Shown: piece after piece, positions 1-12,365 of the stretch | How positions within the stretch are numbered: the first letter of the stretch is position 1 | Layout: every line of letters begins with the position of its first letter | Source of the DNA: Takakia lepidozioides | Taxonomy: Eukaryota > Plantae > Bryophyta | DNA length: 64,000 bases | Direction: 5' to 3' | Assembly: GCA_030704615.1 (NCBI GenBank) | Contig: CM060731.1 | Coordinates: 27,466,001 to 27,530,000, forward strand | The notes under the pieces: generated by a model | The model's input: only the letters and a program-made list of their open reading frames with translations | What the model was told of the DNA's origin: nothing | Databases searched by the model: none | Translations under genes and position numbers: made by a program

Positions 1-539
1 AACAACAGCCCTCCGAGTCTGCACCCCCATTATCCCCAATGTCCACGACATGATATGCTCAACTTGCCCCACATAGTGATTATCATAGTACGTATTTGAG
101 TCTTCCTCTATTAGAGAAGGCCCTTAGGTTTTAAGTAGTATCACACAAGGTTTTTGTTCTCATCTTTTCCCGAAAATTGGCATGTTTTCAGTTACTTGCA
201 TACAGAGTGATCGATTTATAGAGAAGGGAATGTATAACAAGAAGGATATAATGAGCTGGAAGAAGGCTGGCAGACATTCAATCTTTCAGTAGCTGCAGTG
301 CAGATGGAATTGACACATCAACTGGTGAACAAAAGTAAATTGGATAGGATAGCAAGATCGGATCCATTGAGATCTGAACATGTTTCGATATGAGCACTTC
401 TCTCTGGCGGTGGTTGATAGGTGGTAGTTTTTGTGAAAAGGGTACTCCGCAAACTGGAGCAACTTGACTAGTTAGCCAAGCAACTTGACCCTCTGCAAAC
501 TTCTTACATGTCCTGAAAATCTTTGAGCCTGTTCGAGGG

Positions 540-3500
540 ATGTGGGAAAGCAAGTATTCCCACAAGAACCAAGGTGTATATAGGGGAAGGAAGAATTCCC
601 TAAAGCAAAACGTGCAAAGATTAGCTGGCTCAACTCCTGCTCCATGTCTGTTGGAGAGGAGTTGCTGTGGTAACCACGTCTTAAACAAAGTGGATAGTTT
701 TTTACAAAGTCGATGCAGAAATGGTCTTTCCCATTCGGTGATGCTGCTGCAGCCACTGCTCATGGAGCTCCGGTCCCGCAGTTGGATGCAAAGCCCCTCA
801 TCAAGTCCAGCTGGTTTAGTGGCCTTGTCAGAGGTACCTGTTTTCCGGGGGCTCTGTCAGAGTTCGTTGGAATATTCACAAGCTAGTCGATGTGTGTGCG
901 GACGAAACCATGGGGCTCGGGTTCGTTTTACTCCGAGAAAGGCGTGGCAAAGAGGGAATCAGGGGGAGACCTTACTCTCGCTGACTCCACCCCCCACTTC
1001 AAGGGCTGATTCTGCTCCGCAAGGTATGCACCTTGGACCTCTCTTCTTTACACGGAACTGCCAGGTCCGCTTAATTCGAGAGACAGCCGTCTGAACAAGT
1101 GGTTTGTCGTGTGAGATTCGGACAAATGTTCATAGAAATAGGAATTGAAGTTCCTACATGTATTTGTAGAGACACTGATGTGCTGCTTTTGAGCCAGAGG
1201 GAGCAATTTCGGGTAGGTGCTCAGAAGTCGTGGAGTTATGCCGATGCAGAAGATACAGTGGCTATGTTTTGATAGAACAGGAGTTTGTACGAGAAGAGAA
1301 TTGTTTATATATAGTCCGTGATACTTTTGTGTTTTGTTATATCGTTTCATTTCATTGGGCATATTTGTGAAGTTGTGTGCCGTATCTCGTGGCTGTGTGA
1401 AAAATGAAGTAGAAACGGGTCCATGGGAGGGGGAGGAGGAGGAGGAGGAGGCAAGGAACAACCAGCCATTTTTCCTGGGGAGTGATGAGGCTGAATTGCA
1501 TCAGGGTTTTATAGCTGATTCACTCCAAGTGGATGAACCTCTGGGGGACACCCGGTTTGGCATACATCACCCCAGGAAGAGCACAAAAATTGACATTAAT
1601 GTCCAAGAAGATTTATTTGTAAATTTTGGTAAGAATATTCATAAGTTGTTATCTTTCTTTTACCTGCTGGCACTCTTTCTTTTGGTCCATGTTTTTGGAA
1701 GCCCGTCCCCATAGAAAGCAGTAGCCTTGTGTACTCCAGCTTCGGCCAGAGTCTTCTCTCTTGCTGAAATCGTGACTGCTTGTTTTCTTCATGTAATCTG
1801 TCCTGGCAGTTTGCAATCAGTATATTCTATGTCAATGAAACTTTTGTCTTGCAATTGTTTCAACCTTGGTATGTGTCTTTGCTTGGCAATCGTCTACCTG
1901 AAGGAAGGGTCTACCCTGAGCTATCTTATGCTCTGCATTCTTTGCATTTTGTCAAATGCAGACAATGAGGGGGTTGCCAGAATTCCTGGTGGACCAGGAC
2001 CAGTTAAGGAAGTTAAAAAAGGAGAAATAAAGGAGGCAGAAGCATTCCTTGATAGCTTGAAAATTCCGGTGTGTCCTGGTATTCACTTGATTATCAGCTC
2101 TCTTTTCATTTAATTGAGGGCATGAAGTGGATAGCTTTGATACTGGAAACCCCCACACTTGGTTGAATGGAGGGGGAGGAGGGGTGGTATAAAGGGGAAT
2201 ATAATGGGGGCCCTGCCATTGCTGAAGCTCAATTGCCCTGGTTTTGCAGAAACGTTTCCCCCATGGTTCTGCATCTAGAAGCATTTTTTGCAGCCGATCA
2301 CTGAGCCTGCAGTCAATCACCACCATTGGCTATGACATGGATTACACTCTCATCCACTACAACGTCAAGGTACGTGGTCAGTCTACGTTTGACACTTCCT
2401 TTGTTCTGCAAGCTGATTCATGTCCTGTAGCTGTGGAGAGGAAGCTTCCGACTAAACTGTAATATCTCAACTGTTATGCAGCCAGCTCTAACAACCTATG
2501 GTAAATCAGCAGAAGGGACAGGGAAAGTTAGATTCTACTCAACAAGCTCTATAAAGAGAGGCAACAAATATTTGCCGGTATTTTCTGTTCAGGGGGCGGT
2601 GTAACCGCAGGTCGTTTTTGTGTCTCCTGGCAGAATGATTGTTAATACAACTGGTTGTGTGGCTTTCATTGTAACAAGTTATGGTGTTTGTGAAACCTCA
2701 TCCATCTTTCTGAACTTCCGTGAGGTTCTGGTAGGCATGGGAGTCGAGGGCGTATGCATATGGGATGAAGAATCTCCGCAAAATGGGCTATCCTACTGAC
2801 GGCCTCAAGTTTGACAATGACATGGTTTGACAATAGAATTCTAAGTGGAGAATCCTCATTTGTACAGTCCATATTCTTTTGTCTCTTTCTCTTCTTACAC
2901 AGCAAACATTGTCTAATGAGCTATGTCTCCCTCTTTCCAGCTAGAGGGCATGGAGAATGTTCCAGGGAATCAGTTATTGGGTACATCATTTCTCTGTCTG
3001 TCCCTGTCTCTGAAGATCAGAGATGCCTTGTGGTGTATTTACATGATGCTTTCCAACTTAGAGAATCCCTCAAAATTGAATGGTTGTAGTGGTGGTTGTT
3101 GCACTCTTTCTATTTTCTGTCCCAAAAACTCTCTGAGCTTCCTGCAGACATTAGAATTGTTTTTCTTTCCATCCAATGGTTCCTTTGGACCTCCCTTGAC
3201 CAAATAAATATCTCTCCTTCTTTTTGTCTCTTGAAGTTGAACTGCAAGTCTTATGGATGTGATGGCTGGTTGTTGGGACCCAGCTTTTCTGTCCTTTCCT
3301 GTGTCTTATAAGCTTTCCATGGATTGCCCCATGCATGTCGTTGAGTTTCTTTCTATTTTCTGATTATTTTGAGACCATACGGTTTGCAAGTGGGATAAGC
3401 ACTATTCAAAGAACCATTAGTACTTCATTGCTTGATTTGGAAGTTTCTATCGTGCCACTGTAATATATTGCAGGAGCATGTTCTAGTCCCCCAGATGACA

Positions 3501-6500
3501 TTTGGGTTTAGGGGACCCCTGCCAATTATCATATACCTGTGACAGGTAATACGAGGCCTGATTCTCGACAAAGAAAAGGGAAACCTAGTGAAGGCAGATC
3601 GCTTTGGCTATGTCAAGAGAGCCATGCACGGAACTAAGATGCTTTCAAATCGTGCGATCAGGTGTCCCCTTGGTAGCTTTTCCAGTCCCTCACTAAAACA
3701 TATGAGGATTAGTAGACATAGCCCAAGTTTCACAGAACCCTCTGCTGGGTGGCCTTGAAGAAATTTACAGTGTTTCGAGCTTTTAGATTGGTGAATTCAC
3801 CGTTTGTTGCTATGAACTGCGACAGCGAAGGGGCATGGAGAACAAGGTGGCAGGTCAATAAGTTAGGTCTCAAATCATACGGAAACTAGATTGACCACCT
3901 TCTCTGTCGTAGCTCTGCTTATGACTGACCCTACTTCAGTTCCCTTCGCACTTCACCTTGCTTGGTGAGACTTGTTGGGTTTAGATGTGCCCTCTGCTTG
4001 TTGTTCTAACGTGGTGCTCTTGTGCTCCAAAATAAGAGGGAAGAGAGAAGTGAGAGAGAGATGATGTTGATGTTGCAGGTTATTTCAGAAGCTCAGCAGA
4101 TTGTAATTGCATATTTGATGTTGAGTCTATGGAATAGTATTTTTGTGGTAGCAGCAGAGCTTGCAAATTTGTCTTTTACATTTGGGTACTCTCATAAAGT
4201 GGTCACATGGAAAATACTCATACTTACCAATGAACAAGTCTGTCTCAATTGGGTGCAGTGAACTGTATGGAAGTGAGTTGGTGGACTTACGTAATGAGCA
4301 TCGCTGGGAGTTTTTAAACACTCTTTTCTCTATATCGGAGTCCGTGATGTACATGCAGGTACACAATGGACATATTTTTCTTGTTCATGGTGTTTTCCAT
4401 CTAATATTCAGTAACAAGCCCTTCAAGTCGGAAAAAGATCTTGAAACCTGCTGTTTTGAGCCTAGCAGATGTTGCGAGGGCTCTTGCCACGAGCACCTTG
4501 GATGGGAGGGCTTGTAACCTTTTAAGAAAGTTTGTAAGCCAGAAGAAAAAGAGCTGTAATATCTTGGAAAAAGTGATTGAAGGGAGAGAGCTGTATGACA
4601 TCAACAAAAAGCCCAGAGAGAGTGGGGTAGGGGGTTTCCTGTGCTAAACTCATGTCATATTCATGATGTGGGTCTCTTATGCTAGAGCACAGATGGTAGA
4701 GAGGCTTGATGTGGGTGCACTACCTCCAGAGGTGGTAAAAAAGGATTACTCGGATATATATGCGGTACCTCTCTTATTGTGAGCTGTTTTGCGCAATTCC
4801 TTTGTTTCGTGATTCTATTCTGGTTGAGGGCTAGGATCAAAATTTTGTGGTTTTTGTGCATGTTTACATACCAGTGCTTAAGTTAGGTAGTCTACTGCTG
4901 ACTGTTTTCCAGCTTCTTACACTGCTATCAATGTCCCTACCTCTCACCATTTCTGTGACTAGTCTGGCTCGTATGCGTGGTTCTTTGATACCTTGCACAG
5001 GTGGTGTCGAAATCACTTTTCAAAGCCCACGTTGAAGGCCAACTTAAGGTAGCCAGTCTGGAGAACCAATCCAAACGAACATCTTCATTACATTCATGGG
5101 AGGCTCAGAGAGAGAAACTAATCTGATGAGAGCCTGGTACACATCCAGTTGTGACATAACAAGGCAAGGGGACTTTAATCTTGAAAGTTGGATTGAAATA
5201 TTTCTTACTTAATTTGTGAAGGTTATTGGGTCTGGATATTTGCAGGCAGAAATCATAAACAACCCAGAGCATTTTATTGAACCCGATCCTGAGCTGCCTT
5301 TGGCCCTTCTTGACCAAAAGGAGGTAGATATCTAGCTTCCGTTCTAATTAAAACGTGTATTGTAAATGTGAACCATGGTTGATCGATGTGCATTATCTGG
5401 GGAGGGTGGGAGAGAGCTGGGCTGAGGGCTGGGTTGTAGGCAGAGAGACAAATGGTGTTTCTAAGCAGGTGTTGTTGAGAAGGTCAGTACATGACATCCT
5501 CATGCACTGATCTTTGGTGTCCAGGCCGGCAAAAGGCTACTGTTAGTCACAAACTCTGACTATCTCTACACCCAGAAGATGATGCAGTATGCCTTTGACA
5601 AATACTTACCCAAAGGCATGAGCTGGCGGAAGCTTTTTGACATGGTAGGTGTTTGGACTATTCAGCTCCCTATGTTCTTCATTGTTTATTAGAGAAAAGT
5701 TTTGGGCACTTGATGCAGTTGAATGGTGGGGTCACTCCAAACCTCCATAGCCAGGCAAATGACCAAGAACATCATATATATATATGTATATATCCACTCT
5801 ATCATGCTTTAACTTAGGTTTGAAATAAACAACTATCTGGCATCCCTGTCATCCTCCACATCTGAAGCATTTCTTCTACGCTTTAATATCAAGGTGATGG
5901 GATGTCATGGTTTATCTCCACACGATTTAATGCTTGTAGCCCGTAATCCAACCCATGTGGGCTGAAAATCTGGACACAGAGTTGGTTTCTTTGTTTTCAT
6001 TCAAGATTGCTACTCCTGGTGATGCTGCAGGTTATTGTGTCTGCTAGAAAGCCTGAGTTCTTTCAGAAGTCAAGTCCTTTGTATGAAATTGTTACCGAGG
6101 ATGGTCTGATGCGGCCCTGCCCTAAGGCCACATCAGGTATTCTCTCTCATTAGCTGTATCCTATTTTATGTGTTCAGAGCTGCATTACATGGCTGGTCAA
6201 GTACTGTCTTCAACTAAGTGGACGGCCAAGGTCCTAAGGAAAAGGTTTGTTATCAAAGTCAAGGACATTAGCATTAGGCTGAATATGGAGTGCCATCAAT
6301 CGAACAACTAAGAGTTGTGTCACTGCTTAAGAAAAGTTAATGATGTTTGGTGGTGCGAGTTCTGGTTCACACTTCAACTGCATGTACATTGATGTTTGGG
6401 TTTCTTTCGAGTGTTTTGATCAGTGTAGCTCAGATGTGTAATGGGTGAGTACTTTCTATATGCTGCTTCATCTACGAGATGTTGCTCTGGATCTTAAATA

Positions 6501-9500
6501 TGCATGTGGCTCTTGGCAAAACGTTCACAACCTGCATTGCACATGCTGGTGCTTTATCACACTAGTGGTTTTAACTCCAGTTATTTCGAGCTTCCTTTGG
6601 GTGTAATTTGAAGGAAATGATTGAATACCCACAGTTCCATACCCTCCCTAGTTCTTTAAAATTTCACAGTGGATGCTGTGCATTTCCGAGTATGTAGATG
6701 GAGGAAACCTGGTCATTCTAAAGACATTTCTGACTGTCCTTGGCATATCGCAGCACTCAAAGCAACTAAATGAAATTTTGTTTTCTCATGTTCCTTTTTG
6801 GCAGGGGGTCTCTATTGTGGGGGGAGTGCAGTGATGGTGGAGAAAGCCCTGGGTATTCATGGGGATGAGACACTTTACGTTGGTGACCACATCTACACTG
6901 ATGTAAGCCAGTCTAAGGTGAATCTCAGATGGAGGACGGCTCTCATCTGCCGCGAATTGGAGAGGGAGGTATCTTTCTTTTAACTATGGTCTCTGTATTT
7001 GTGGGTACCCATAGGTATTCTGCATCAGGGGCACATTGGTCAAACTTTCTCAGGTCATGGAATTCCACTTTATGCATTTCTCTCTCTGTGTTTCAATAAC
7101 TGGTTTTTTGGCTTTAAAGTGCTTTTCCCCTTAATCGATGTTTGCATGGATCAATTATCAGGCATGGTTTGTCTCAGTTATCACTTGACTTAACATCTTT
7201 GTCTCTCATGTTTTTCTTTCCATTTTGTCCCATAAGCTCTATGAGCTTTCCTCGGACGTTATAAAGCACCATTTCATTGCATTTCATTTCTCTTATTGCA
7301 CACACGTGCATGCCACACGCTTGTGACCATGAAATTGTAGGAGACTATGCGATGGTGTAAAGGGGGTTCACCCACATGTGCTGTGGTAGCCTAGCAGCCT
7401 TGAGCCAGAAACACAGCCAGAAAAACACAGGAGGGCCAAAAGCTTAGCACACAAACTGGGCCATGCATCCCCGCCTCGACTGGGCACAAAGACCAACTTT
7501 TGGCAAACCTCGCTTGTCGAAGCAGACCTGCACTGGGAGCAGAAGACATGGGAGGCTTGTCCACCCTTGGGCCATGCACATGCATGGTCTGTCCGTCTCC
7601 CACCTGGAGGGCCTTAGGAATCCCCCATCTATAACTGGGCGGGGTGCAGTGCTACCCCGTCTCCTCTTTCTTCCAGAAACCCCATGGATTGGTTCCATGA
7701 TTGAATTCTTGTATACAATCGCGTTAGGTCGGATCAAACTGGATGAAATAGCTTTGATATCATGCAGTTATTTGCAGGTTAAGGCATTGGCACATGGAAG
7801 GAGCCACAGGGCAAAAATTATAGAGCTTATGAATGAGAAAGAAGTGGTGGAAGATGCTTTCAATCAGCTTCGGCTCGCATTACAGCGTCGGAGACACTAC
7901 CAAGAAGCACAGGTTCCCTCCCCTCTACCTCTCTGTTTGTTTCATTCCCTGTTCATTTTCCTGGTGATCTGTGTTCACTGTTCATCAGCTGTATACTTGT
8001 TGTCTTGTCGACCTCTGACCTCATCCAATCAGTACTCCTCCCATCAAAAGTTCAAGGGTTTCATTTCATTTGTTTCTGCCTTGTTAGGTCCATTAGGAGA
8101 GCATTGTACTCTTAACATTCCCACAAATGATAGGTGACAAATTTCTTTAAAGAAAATCACTGTGTGCAGACTAAGGAAGCAACAGATATGCCGGAGAGAG
8201 CGATGATGGATGAAATGCAGAAGCTGTCAGTGCTGATGAAAAGATTGGATGAGAATATTGTTCCCATGCTTGAGGTTGATGGGAAGCACTTTAACCAAAA
8301 GTAAAAAAACCCTCTACTCAAGTCTACAAGCAAAGACAATCAGATAGGCTAGATGATGTAGATGATAGGCTAGACTGACTTCAAAGGCCAGCAAAGGCCA
8401 AGTCCTGCCTGGCAGCTTGCTCTCCCTTTATGACCGGTTTGGGACTGTTGAATGCAGTCCATTAGGGTATGTGTGTGCCCGGCCAGGTGACTGTCGCTGA
8501 GTACCTACCTCTCTCCCTCCCATGGGCCCTCTGGGCCTGCCATAGATGTAATTACCAGGGCAAGGATGGTAGAGATGCCTGTCATTTATCCCATAGCCTT
8601 CAGGAAGTGATTGGTAAAGAAATGAAAGAGGGAGAAGCCCTGACCTACTCCCTGATCGATGTCGTAGAGGTAAATGTCTCACCATCTAGTGCTGCTATAT
8701 AGGTAATAGATCACTTGCCACATTCTGGAGGCTCCAGAGAGGAAAAGAGGAAGAAGAGAGAAAGAGAAAGGAATATTGTATGTGTTGCTCCAGTTTCTTA
8801 GAGCAGCCTTTAGACTGTGGAATGCCAAAGCCAAGCATAAGAATAGTTTCAAGCCAGACTGAAAACTATTTTGATATTTGAGTGCCTACTTCAGTTTCAA
8901 GAAGTGAATTTATGGTGAAGGAGGTGGTGGTAACAGTAGACTCAGATGATGAGACAATTGTTCCCTCTGTCTGTTAGACGGAAGACTAACCTGTCAAACT
9001 GACCTAGTCATGGCAGTATGCACTCAGCTGCATGTGTCATATCTGCTGCAAAGTGGAGGGCTATAGGAGCTCACTTCTGGTGTCTAACATTATATGAATG
9101 CCAGCTCTTAATAACGCTCAATTCCCTGTACCTTGATTGTAGTTCGCTGTGCACTAGTGCTCTGACATCACCAAAAGATTTATTTAGGTACATTCCTTTA
9201 CTGACGTCTTCCTCTTTCCAAACCCCCGTCTGCGAGTATCATTATCTATTTCGTGCCCTCAGGTTACTGACGTCTGGGCTGGCCATGGAGTCTCCTCACA
9301 GGAGTGCTCCTCTATTCAAAAAAGTGTGAGGATTGTCCACAAGTCTTTCTCATTAGCTTACATGGATGATTATAGTGAACTTGTTTGTGGCTGAGTGGGA
9401 TTCTGCAGGTGGGGCTACCTGTCACGAGCAGGGCTGTGGGATAAGAGCCACCTGACCCGCCAAATAGAGAAGTAAGATACGGTCCCTCATGTTTGGGGTC

Positions 9501-10611
9501 TCAGTGAGCTAGAGAAAGAACTAAGAAGAAAAGGAACCATCAGTTTCCCTTATGTTGTAATCGCACAGTTCAGGAAAGAAAGGTAGTAGAAGCAACCGTC
9601 TCACTGCCCTATTCACTGGGCTATCTGTTAGAAGACTCCAGCATAACAATTATCTAGGGGACTGGAACTGCACTGCACACAAAGATAGTGCTTTTGTGTA
9701 TAGTTCACTTTAGCTAGTCAAAATGCATGGTAATGGATGCTGTTAGTGGTACAGTGTATGGACTTGCAATGCTTCAATGCTATTGAAGTTGTGCTTCCAT
9801 GTACTGCTATGGGCTGATGTACTGGAAAGCATGTCCAGGCTGCTCTCTGACACAACATTCATTACATAACAAGACAAAACTGCCTCAAGGTTGAGAAGAA
9901 TGGAAACTTTTGTAGAGAAGTTCTTCCTTCTGAAAAGGAAAAGACCACATGAACTTCCAGATTGAAAAATGTTCATTATCTGCATTAGGGTGGGAATTTC
10001 GCGTCCCTTAGCTAGCGGATGTGAGCTGTTTTGGAGATGTAACCCCTGAAGGTTATTCCTCTACGCAACTAGTCGTCAGTTCAAATTGAAGATGTGTTAA
10101 ACCATGAGTCTTCATGAGTCTCAGTCGGTCGAGGTGTGGGTGGGCATTGCTTTGCCAGTGAGATTATGTAAGGGTTTCCAGATATCTAGGGGAGGGCCAT
10201 CAAAAAGTTATTTCATCCTGATAGGGCTGCTGCCCTAACTGGTTATGTTGCACTGTTATCTCCTGGTGACATTTGACATTGGAAACCCTGCAGCACCAAA
10301 GCACTTTCTACAATGCAGTACTAAGGGATTGGCAGCTTTTCTTAGATTACAATGAGTTTGTGTAGGTATGCAGATATTTTCACATCACGAGTTTCCAACT
10401 TTTTACGATACTCACCATTTATGAACTTCCGATCTCAAGCCCAGGTAGTAATCTTTGGCTCTATCCCATGGAAAGAGTTTCGTTCTCACTTCTTCTGTCT
10501 CATAAGGTCTCTCACACACCTGATATGTTATCAAGATCCCTGCAGCCAATTACTGGAGTGGTGATTGAGAATCTGAGTTCAAATTTCAGCACAACAATAT
10601 CAAAAAGATAA
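540..10611 (+). CDS. HAD-superfamily (IG) cytosolic purine/IMP-GMP 5'-nucleotidase family protein, multi-exon, with a long N-terminal transit-like extension
   Basis: Exons joined at GT-AG borders give SIFCSRSLSLQSITTIGYDMDYTLIHYNVK (HAD motif I, ~2250-2368), VIRGLILDKEKGNLVKADRFGYVKRAMHG (~3546-3661), RWEFLNTLFSISE (~4259-4358), LLLVTNSDY (~5525-5644), VIVSARKPEFF (~6031), LYVGDHIYTDV (~6805-6968), WGYLSRAGLWDKSHLTRQIEK (~9409-9471) and YADIFTSRVSNFLRYSPF (~10366-10444). The start (ATG 540, 741 or 762) and the last exon (stop 10568 or 10611) are uncertain. Confidence 0.92.
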
Positions 10612-12365
10612 AATGGAAAAGAAAATTCCATTTCTCTACCAAACTAGGAACTGATATGTCAATGAGGAAACAGTGATCTGTTAGTTTCAGCCCATAGAGC
10701 ACCAACACTTCCAATGATATGTGCATTCCTTGTTTTTTTGTAATTCGGTTATGTTTGAATGCATAAGAGAAGAAAGTTCCCAATACTTTGGAACATGCTC
10801 GACTGTTTCACCAAAGCAGGAAATAGCATGAGACAATGCAATGTTATCATGTTGTTCTATTGCTAAAGGGCTGTTCCTGCTTGTGGATTCTAGGTGCTTG
10901 GTGAATACATCTCGAACGAACATATTGCAGGCATATATGAGGTTTTGGGTGAAGTCCAGTGAAGGGCCACTCAACAGGATCTGTGACAGTTAAGAGAGAA
11001 GAGGACATCCATTGTGGGATAGCATTTTAGAGATAGGCGCAAGCCCAAGTTGATGAAACTTACTATACAATCAGCTATATGTTACAAACCATTCACCTCG
11101 AGAAGACTCATGAACATGTCTGCAATAGAAAGAAACCTCATCGAAAATGAAACCCTCATCAAATGAAAAGAAGGAAACCTTGAAGTGTGTCATGCAGCTG
11201 GAAAACTGCCTCTTTGCTAGCTCAACCAATTCTGGAGCTTGAAGGTGATGGCTAAATACTGAAGGAGGTAAGGGGCTCTTTCTTTCTCCCAGCCTATATG
11301 TGTGTACTGGGAAAGCCAAGTGGCCAGGCAGAAGAGTTGGCTACAACGATGATAGTCTATTGAGCATGTTTGACAAGTACCTGAATTCAAAGGTCTCAAA
11401 CAGGTCAGGTTGCATTAAAAGGATTAAACCAGGTACACATCTACCACTATCCACTTCCTGTCCATCAACAAAAGGAAACATTACCAACAGCCGGTTGCTC
11501 AGTTGGATAGTTGTGTCACCTGCGTGGTTTGGGGCTCAAATCCTGCTACATTGTCCTATATGGGTATGGTTTTGTGGCCGGTGGTTAACTTCAATTTATG
11601 CAAATCATTTTGTTTTCACCTTCCAGGAACTTCAGGTGGGTTTTGTAATACCTATCCTGACTTCAGGAGGCTTTGTAACTTAGTGCTCCCAAATTAATGC
11701 CCCCATGTGTAATTCTATTTTTGTACGGGAAACAGCTGGGAGCGACAGCGGCTTATAGTGAGAGGAGAAAATAAGCTATTTCACACTAACCTCACTGTGA
11801 AGGATTGCTCATGGGACACTGCCCAAGGGAAGGAAGGGGGAGAAGAAAACCCTCAAGTCATTTTCACTATCTCAGATTTGTTGGGCATGCTGTGAATGTG
11901 ATTCTGCACATACAATCCTTCTTCATCCTCCCACACCAGCAATTCATCCCAAATCTCTGTGGTTTCCTTTTATGCTCTGTGCTTCAACATCAGTCCGCCA
12001 TGCCTATCTACAAGTGTGTTGTTGCATCTAAGGTTTGTCCAGCTGTCTCCAAGTTTCTCCTTTAGTACGGTAGGCCCTTCTTCTTCGTCTTATTTCGCAC
12101 ATGAATTAGGAATAAAGTCTCAGTAGTCACACCTCACACATTTTAAAGGCGACTACAAGCAACCCGTTAACCACATACCTGATTCTGCGCCAGCTCTTGC
12201 TTTGAGTTTAGAAGAAGCAATTTCTGTGTCTTCATGTAGCTGAAATGCACCAATTTTCATCCTACAGTTTGAACATGTTTCTTCTATAGCGTAGGAGACT
12301 AGAGCATCCGTCAAGCTTCTGCATGTATTGCATCTCCATAGTGACCATTCTATATCTTAAGTCTC

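Noticed and set aside
7343-7732. Old MITE in a 5'-nucleotidase intron, and the 224-aa ORF 7463-8137
   Set aside because: The putative TIRs are too degenerate and no TSD is seen. The ORF is intron read-through around a true exon (7778-7912).
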